From positions 329 through 64,328 of the forward strand of contig CAZWIT010000001.1 in assembly GCA_964633905.1 (NCBI GenBank): 64,000 nucleotides of DNA, in the 5' to 3' direction. Source of the stretch: an uncultured Gammaproteobacteria bacterium. GTDB taxonomy: Bacteria > Patescibacteriota > Patescibacteriia > UBA1558 > GWA2-36-10. The notes under the pieces are model-generated. The model made no database searches, was not told where the DNA came from, and saw only the letters and a program-made list of their open reading frames with translations. Positions 58,219 through 64,000 of the stretch are shown one piece after another. How positions within the stretch are numbered: position 1 is the first letter of the stretch; the number at the start of each line of letters is the position of its first letter. Made by a program: the position numbers and the translations under genes.

Positions 58219-59085
58219 ATGCCAGATTACAAGCCAATCACACCCAAAGAAATAGAGCGCGGCTATTATTTTTTGACTCATCGTCAACAATTTACTCGTC
58301 TTGCTTATGGCTTAGGTGTATTTGTTTGTCTGATTATTTATTCTATTTTTGTTTATAACTTAGTTATTTTTTTTAAGTACTCTTCTTGGCAAAAATTAGC
58401 AACTAATTTTGTTGCAGCTAGTTCTTGGCCAGCTGCTCATAGTCAGAGCCAACCAAAAAATTTGACTATCGGTATGCCGCGAGCTTTATTGGTAGGGGAT
58501 AATATTTATAATTTAGTAGCAATAGTTAAAAATCCTAATACCGATTGGTTGTTGCCAGAATTTGAATATAACTTTGTTATTAATGGTGAAGATTTGCCAG
58601 TTAAAGTTAGTTATTTGAATTCAGAAGACACAGTAGTTTTAAGTTCTTTGGGCTATCGTTCTAATCAGGGAGTTAAGGATGTTAAACTAAAGATTAATAA
58701 TTATAAATGGCATAGGTTATCAAATGATATTAGGCAGATTAAATGGTCAATTAATAATATTAATTTTAAACCATTGAGTCGGGAGAAGGTAGACGATAAG
58801 ACAGTAGTTTTCCCAGCGCGAGCTTCTTGGCAGGCAAAAAATTTGTCTTTGTATGATTTTTGGCAGGTTGATTGGCAGGTCTTATTATTAAATGGTGAAA
58901 ATCTAGTTGGTTTTACTGAAATTCCAGCTCGTGATTTTAATTCTTTAGAGTTAAGAGATTTAGAGGCAATTTTTGCTTATAATTTGGCCAGCGTGAGCAG
59001 AGTTGAGATTATTCCTAGGGTTAATTGGTTTGATCGGGATAATTTTAAGTTAATTGAATCCAGCGGCAATACCTTTGGTTTATGA
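58219..59085 (+). CDS. Hypothetical membrane-anchored protein
   Basis: N-terminal TM segment, 288 aa, no recognisable motifs. Confidence 0.5.
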   Translation: MPDYKPITPKEIERGYYFLTHRQQFTRLAYGLGVFVCLIIYSIFVYNLVIFFKYSSWQKLATNFVAASSWPAAHSQSQPKNLTIGMPRALLVGDNIYNLVAIVKNPNTDWLLPEFEYNFVINGEDLPVKVSYLNSEDTVVLSSLGYRSNQGVKDVKLKINNYKWHRLSNDIRQIKWSINNINFKPLSREKVDDKTVVFPARASWQAKNLSLYDFWQVDWQVLLLNGENLVGFTEIPARDFNSLELRDLEAIFAYNLASVSRVEIIPRVNWFDRDNFKLIESSGNTFGL

Positions 59086-60176
59086 GGAATTTTTTAATTA
59101 TTTTGCGCCGTTTAGATTGGTTGCTTTTTTTAGCTGTTTTGCTTTTGCTTTTTTTAAGCGCTAGCATTTTGTATAGTTTAAATTTAAACATTGCCAATTC
59201 TGATTTTTTAGTTTTTCGTAAACAGATTCTGTATATTTTTACCGGTATTTTTATTTTTTTATTTTTTTCTACCATTAGTTATAAAGTTTGGTCAACTTTT
59301 AGTAAGTTGACTTATGTTTTTTTTATTTTACCATTGCTGGCCGTATTGCTTTTAGGTATGACCATCCAAGGTACTACAGGTTGGATTGTGATTGCTGGCG
59401 TTAGTATCCAGCCAGTAGAGTTTGCAAAAATTGCTTTGATTATTTGGTTGGCTAGATATTTTTCTGATCATGCCAAAGAATTTTATTTATTCCGTCATAT
59501 TTTTATTTCTGGTTTGGCGGTTTTATTTTATGTGGCTTTGGTGTTATTACAACCAGACTTAGGTTCAAGTTTAGTTTTAGTTGGCACTTGGGTGATTATG
59601 TTGCTATTTACTGGTTTGCAAAGACGTCATTTGATTTGGCTGGGGGGCCTATTTGTTTCAATTAGTATTTTGGCTTGGTTTTTTGTTTTAGAAGCTTATC
59701 AAAAATTTAGGATTTTAACTTTTATTAATCCAGGACTCGATCCTCAGGGCCAAGGTTATAATGTTTTACAATCTATTACTGCTGTTGGTTCGGGTCAGAT
59801 TTTCGGACGCGGTTTAGCTTTGGGTTCACAAAGTAATTTACGTTTTTTACCAGAGCCAGGCACGGATTTTATTTTTGCAGTTGTGGCCGAAAATCTTGGT
59901 TTATTTGGAGTTTTGGTACTTTTAGGTTTGTTTGTTTTTATTATGTATCGTTTATTTGGTATTATGCGACTAGCTAGTGATGATTTTGGCTCTTATTTTG
60001 CTTTAGGCGTAGCCAGTATGTTTTTAGTACAAATTTTTATTAATATTGGTATGAATATGGGCATTTCTCCAGTTACTGGTATTCCTTTGCCTTTAGTGTC
60101 AGCTGGCGGCAGCTCTTTGTGGGCGTCGATGATTGCTTTGGGTATAGTCCAAAACATATATGTAAGTCATAAGTAG
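59082..60176 (+). CDS. SEDS-family peptidoglycan glycosyltransferase (RodA/FtsW)
   Basis: Ten TM helices. Conserved SEDS segments (PVEFAKI, GSGQIFGRGLALGSQ, DFIFAV, NIGMNMG...PLVSAGGSS). Confidence 0.85.
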   Translation: MRNFLIILRRLDWLLFLAVLLLLFLSASILYSLNLNIANSDFLVFRKQILYIFTGIFIFLFFSTISYKVWSTFSKLTYVFFILPLLAVLLLGMTIQGTTGWIVIAGVSIQPVEFAKIALIIWLARYFSDHAKEFYLFRHIFISGLAVLFYVALVLLQPDLGSSLVLVGTWVIMLLFTGLQRRHLIWLGGLFVSISILAWFFVLEAYQKFRILTFINPGLDPQGQGYNVLQSITAVGSGQIFGRGLALGSQSNLRFLPEPGTDFIFAVVAENLGLFGVLVLLGLFVFIMYRLFGIMRLASDDFGSYFALGVASMFLVQIFINIGMNMGISPVTGIPLPLVSAGGSSLWASMIALGIVQNIYVSHK

Positions 60177-60292
60177 CTTTTATTTTTATAGACTTGACCC
60201 CGTAAAATCCCGCCAGGGATTGTCTATAGATAATTAAAGCGAGAGAATTGTAAATATTATATGAAAGTAAAAATAAGTTTTTTTGTTGCGGG

Positions 60293-60322
60293 AAGCCCGC
60301 GTTTTGCGCGGGCTTATTTAAT
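60293..60322 (+). terminator. Intrinsic terminator after the SEDS gene
   Basis: aagcccgcg-ttttg-cgcgggctt hairpin followed by ATTT. A TTGACT-17-TTAAAT promoter-like element for rplY follows at 60324-60352. Confidence 0.6.
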
Positions 60323-60388
60323 GGGGTTGACTTATGCCTTGTTTTATGATTAAATAGAGCCACTATATTTTATAAATAATTTTTTTCT

Positions 60389-61024
60389 ATGTCAGATTTA
60401 TTGTTAAAGGTGAGTTCCAGAAAACTTACTAAAGCTAGCGAGCTTAACGCTTTACGTCAAGAACACCAAGTGCCAGGCGTAATTTATGGTTTTGGTAAAG
60501 AAAATCATAATATTGCTGTTGAATATAATCCTTTGGTAAAAATGATTAAAACAGCTGGTACTAGCCGAGTTATTACTTTACAACTTGAAGGTAAAGATAT
60601 TGAGGTTATTTTAAAATCTTATCAACAAGATCCAGTTAAGGATACTATTACTCATGTTGATTTTATGATTTTGGATCCCAAAAAATCTTTTATCACTACT
60701 GTGCCCTTAGAATTTACTGGTAGTTCAGCAGCTGTACGTGAACAAGGTGGTAAATTGGAAATTAAAAAACAAAGCATCAAAGTTAGATGTCTACTGGCTG
60801 ATTTGCCAGCTAAAGTAGAAGTAGATTTGAGTTCTTTAGCTCAAATCGGTAGTGATATCAAGGTAGCTGATTTGCCAATTGATAAAAAGGTTAAAGTTTT
60901 AGATGGTCCAACTGAACCAGTAATTGATGTTATTATTCCTAAAAAAGAAGACGTCAGTAAAACCGCCGCTCCTACTGAAGCTGCTCCTACTGAAGCTGCT
61001 ACTCCAGAAGAAAAGTCAGAATAA
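60389..61024 (+). CDS. rplY: 50S ribosomal protein L25 / general stress protein Ctc
   Basis: N-terminal L25 domain (RQEHQVPGVIYG), Ctc-type C-domain, plus a low-complexity tail AAPTEAAPTEAATPEEKSE. Confidence 0.85.
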   Translation: MSDLLLKVSSRKLTKASELNALRQEHQVPGVIYGFGKENHNIAVEYNPLVKMIKTAGTSRVITLQLEGKDIEVILKSYQQDPVKDTITHVDFMILDPKKSFITTVPLEFTGSSAAVREQGGKLEIKKQSIKVRCLLADLPAKVEVDLSSLAQIGSDIKVADLPIDKKVKVLDGPTEPVIDVIIPKKEDVSKTAAPTEAAPTEAATPEEKSE

Positions 61025-61041
61025 TTATTTAAAAAATATCT

Positions 61042-62085
61042 TTGCTTGTCATAAAGATGTTTCGTTATCATAAAATTTATTTAGCAATAACTGTCATAGT
61101 AGTGGCAGTTATTTTATTACTTATTGGTTTAAGCCGCGGTTTAAGGCCTCGTAAATTAATAAATACTAACGATAATCAGGTAGTGGCTAGCTCTACTGCT
61201 AGTATTATCCACCCTTTAACAGGTATTGTGGAAACAGATTTTGCTCCATTTTTTCCAGTCGCTGTGATGATAGATAATGCTTATAACATCAGACCGCAAA
61301 CTGGACTAGAACAAGCTGATATTATTTATGAAGCTCTAGCGGAAAGTCATATTACTAGACTGCTAGCTATTTTTGATAGTCAAAAAATTGTTGAAAAAGT
61401 AGGACCAATTCGTTCAGCTCGCCCTTATTTTATGGATTGGGCAGAGGAGTATGCTGGCATCTATATGCACGTTGGCGGTAGTCCACAAGCTTTGAGTAAA
61501 ATTCAAGATTATAATTTTACTAATATTGATCAGATTGGTGCTGGAGAAATTTATTTTTGGCGTGATCAAAAATTAAAAGCGCCTAGTAATGTTTTTACTT
61601 CTAATGCTAACTGGCTCAGAGCTGGAGAGATGAAAACAGTAAAAAAAATTAGCACTAGTTCTAGTGCTTTGGCTTGGAATTTTGTAGCTCCAGCGGCCAC
61701 TACTACAGTAGCCAAGCAACAAATCGGTATTGATTATTCAGTTGATTTTTATAAAGTAGAGTGGCGTTATAGTGATACAATAGGTGCCTATCAACGTTGG
61801 CAAAATAATGAAAAATTTATTTATAATAATGGCGAGCAAGCTTTAGCTCATAATGTTGTTATCCAAGTAGCTCCTTCTAGTTTAGTTGATACGGAAAGAA
61901 GGAGTATTAATACTACTAAAGGTGGTAAGGTTTTTATCTTTAATAGTTTAGGCAGGCAAGAAGGACAATGGAAATATATTGATGGACGAACTAGATTTAT
62001 GTCGGAAGATGGTAATGAATTAAAATTAGTATCAGGCAAAAGCTGGATACAAATCGTAGATAATTTAGAACAAATAAAATTTTAA
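61042..62085 (+). CDS. DUF3048-like membrane-anchored protein (YerB-like)
   Basis: N-terminal TM anchor, then a conserved block PFFPVAVMIDNAYNIRPQTGLEQADIIYEALAE...RLLAIF resembling DUF3048. Confidence 0.5.
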   Translation: MLVIKMFRYHKIYLAITVIVVAVILLLIGLSRGLRPRKLINTNDNQVVASSTASIIHPLTGIVETDFAPFFPVAVMIDNAYNIRPQTGLEQADIIYEALAESHITRLLAIFDSQKIVEKVGPIRSARPYFMDWAEEYAGIYMHVGGSPQALSKIQDYNFTNIDQIGAGEIYFWRDQKLKAPSNVFTSNANWLRAGEMKTVKKISTSSSALAWNFVAPAATTTVAKQQIGIDYSVDFYKVEWRYSDTIGAYQRWQNNEKFIYNNGEQALAHNVVIQVAPSSLVDTERRSINTTKGGKVFIFNSLGRQEGQWKYIDGRTRFMSEDGNELKLVSGKSWIQIVDNLEQIKF

Positions 62086-62918
62086 CAATTTTGAATTAGT
62101 ACCACGCGGTCTTGACTGGCAAGATCGGTTAAAATATTTACTCGGGCAGAGGGTAAATATTTTTTTATTACTTTTTTAATTTCACTTGATTGCTGCGGGT
62201 CAATTTCCAGTATTATTAAATAATCTTTAGCTAAATAATTATCTATATTATGGAGCAACTGACGATAGTAGATTAAACCATCTTTACCACCATAAAGAGC
62301 AGACCGAGGCTCTTTTTTAATACTTGGTTCTTTTAGTTGGTTTTTAGTTAAATAAGGCAGGTTAGCTAGTACTAAATTAAATTTTTGAGGAGGAATATTT
62401 TTTAGTAAATTACTTCTTTTAAAATTTATTTTATTTTTTAAACCAAGTTTACGAGCATTGGTACGGGCTGTTTTTAAAGCCTGTCCAGAAATATCAACCG
62501 CTGTATAATTTGCTTGAGCTTGGTAATTTTTAGCTAAACTTAAAATTAAACAGCCAGAGCCAGTGCCAATATCGATAATTTTAGGTGATTTTATGGCTTG
62601 TTTATTTAAGTATTCTAAAGCAGTACTTACTAATAATTCACTCTCAGGGCGAGGGATTAAGGTATGTTTAGTTACTAAAAATTTTAAACCAAAAAAATAT
62701 TTGCTTTTTGCTAAATGAGCAATTGACCAGCCGTTTAAATGCTTAAGTAGCATTTTTTTAAAAGCTTTAACTTGCTCGCTGTTTAATTGTTTAGTGTTAT
62801 TTTTATAAAGATAGTCAGGGGAGCGATGCAAACTAATACTTAAAATTAAATCTATATCTCCAGCTCCGAGATGGGGATAGCTTAAATAATTTTCTTGTAA
62901 AAGTTTTTTAATAGTCAT
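62082..62918 (-). CDS. prmC: Release-factor glutamine N5-methyltransferase PrmC (HemK)
   Basis: SAM-binding IIDIGTGSGCL and an NLPY variant of the NPPY catalytic motif. Immediately downstream of prfA. Confidence 0.8.
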   Translation of the reverse strand: MTIKKLLQENYLSYPHLGAGDIDLILSISLHRSPDYLYKNNTKQLNSEQVKAFKKMLLKHLNGWSIAHLAKSKYFFGLKFLVTKHTLIPRPESELLVSTALEYLNKQAIKSPKIIDIGTGSGCLILSLAKNYQAQANYTAVDISGQALKTARTNARKLGLKNKINFKRSNLLKNIPPQKFNLVLANLPYLTKNQLKEPSIKKEPRSALYGGKDGLIYYRQLLHNIDNYLAKDYLIILEIDPQQSSEIKKVIKKYLPSARVNILTDLASQDRVVLIQNC

Positions 62919-62920
62919 GA

Positions 62921-63973
62921 TTAAGCGCTAGCTTTGGAAGCTGTTTGCAAAGCGGAAATAATTGGTGATAAATCACCATCTAAAATTTTAGGCATATTGT
63001 GCAGAGTCAAATGAATACGGTGATCAGTTACTCTATCTTGAGGATAATTATAGGTACGGATTTTTTCACTACGGTCACCAGAGCCGACTTGGTTTTTACG
63101 ACTTGCTGCTAGTTTTGCATGTTCGGCTTCTTCCATTTGAGCAAGTACGCGAGAACGTAAAACAGCCATAGCCTTTTCTTTATTTTGGCCTTGAGATTTT
63201 TCATCTTGGCAAGAAACAACAGTGCCAGTTGGTAAATGGGTTATTCGGACCGCTGATTTGGTGGTATTTACTGATTGGCCACCATGTCCAGAAGCGCAAA
63301 AAGTATCAATGCGAATATCTTTGGGTTCGATTACCAAGTCTACTTCTTCAGCTTCAGGCATGACCGCAACAGTTGCGGCTGAAGTGTGAACTCGGCCAGC
63401 TTTTTCAGTTTCAGGAACTCTTTGGACACGGTGAACGCCACTTTCGAATTTAAGATTTTTATAAACCTTATCACCAGTGATTTCTAAAATAATTTCTTTA
63501 AAGCCACCTAAACCAGTACGGTTAACAGACAAGGTTTTTGCCTGCCAAGATTGTTTTTCGGCAAAGCGTGTATACATGCGATAAAGTTCAGCGGCAAATA
63601 AAGCTGATTCTTCGCCCCCGGTACCGGCTCTAATTTCTAAAATTACATTTCTTTTATCATTAGGATCAGCGGGGTGTATTAGATCTTCATAATCAGTTTT
63701 ATTTTGAGTAAGGATGACTTCTAGGTTTTTGATTTCTTCTTCGGTAAGACTAATCATCTCAGGGTCAGCTTCGGTTTTTAGACTTTGTTTTAAACTGCTA
63801 ATTTCCGCTTCGGTTTTAGTAATATTTTCTGCCAAATTTAAAATCTGCTTGGCTTCATTGTATTTTTTACCAAGTTCGGCCATTTTTTTAGAATTAGCAA
63901 GATTTTCTGAAGCTTGCATTTGTTCTTCTAATTCGGCCACTATTTTTTTCATTTTTATGATAGTGTCTTCCAT
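62921..63973 (-). CDS. prfA: Peptide chain release factor 1
   Basis: GGQ motif ([11 protein letters not shown]), a PxT-type tripeptide (PET), 350 aa. Synteny with prmC. Confidence 0.85.
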   Translation of the reverse strand: MEDTIIKMKKIVAELEEQMQASENLANSKKMAELGKKYNEAKQILNLAENITKTEAEISSLKQSLKTEADPEMISLTEEEIKNLEVILTQNKTDYEDLIHPADPNDKRNVILEIRAGTGGEESALFAAELYRMYTRFAEKQSWQAKTLSVNRTGLGGFKEIILEITGDKVYKNLKFESGVHRVQRVPETEKAGRVHTSAATVAVMPEAEEVDLVIEPKDIRIDTFCASGHGGQSVNTTKSAVRITHLPTGTVVSCQDEKSQGQNKEKAMAVLRSRVLAQMEEAEHAKLAASRKNQVGSGDRSEKIRTYNYPQDRVTDHRIHLTLHNMPKILDGDLSPIISALQTASKASA

Positions 63974-64000
63974 ATATATATTATATCAAAATTTAAGCTA

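Overview
This is an AT-rich (roughly one-third GC), gene-dense bacterial window read with the standard genetic code. The gene content and compact layout are consistent with a small-genome, CPR/Patescibacteria-like organism; this is an inference, not something the sequence proves. Overall it reads as a streamlined core chromosome with a prominent surface-appendage (pilus/adhesin) module and several small cis-regulatory RNA candidates, not a classical mobile island.

Main contents, in order:
- A truncated tRNA-Ser(GCU) at the window edge.
- comF, clpC, htpX and lemA.
- Two large secreted proteins: a 318-aa glycine-rich protein and a 1135-aa protein carrying more than 100 cysteines.
- A contiguous type IV pilus / competence-pilus locus running pilM, a pilN-like gene with 90-aa tandem repeats, a pilO-like gene, pilB, a stand-alone REC response regulator, a catalytically degenerate PilT-like ATPase, pilC, three paralogous pilins, prepilin peptidase pilD and four pilin-like proteins with prepilin leaders. 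One of these carries a Myxococcus-type cysteine-rich repeat.
- ligA, gatC-gatA, a DsbA-like oxidoreductase and lgt.
- tRNA-Asp.
- The rplT-rpmI-infC operon with an upstream structured leader; tmRNA (ssrA) adjacent to smpB.
- A GT-C-type membrane glycosyltransferase flanked by 21-bp direct repeats, then mfd.
- A dTTP-synthesis block (HIT, dCMP deaminase, a P-loop kinase, tandem-domain ThyX, dut, tmk) that separates gatCA from gatB.
- A DUF559 endonuclease-like gene, miaA, miaB, guaB, thrS with a T-box leader, dnaE, rodA/ftsW, rplY, prmC and prfA.

Most interesting observations:
- A pilus locus whose only PilT paralogue has lost the Walker A lysine, the Walker B glutamate and the His box, next to an orphan receiver domain.
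- A pair of homologous 5' leader elements that show compensatory covariation, including an anti-SD/SD helix; one lies upstream of a DUF559 gene and the other upstream of thrS.
- Two GC-rich islands: one about 63% GC carrying a frameshifted small ORF with its own SD and terminator, and one carrying a 55-aa ORF with its own SD and terminator.
- The giant Cys-rich surface protein, which is bracketed by GW-motif segments.
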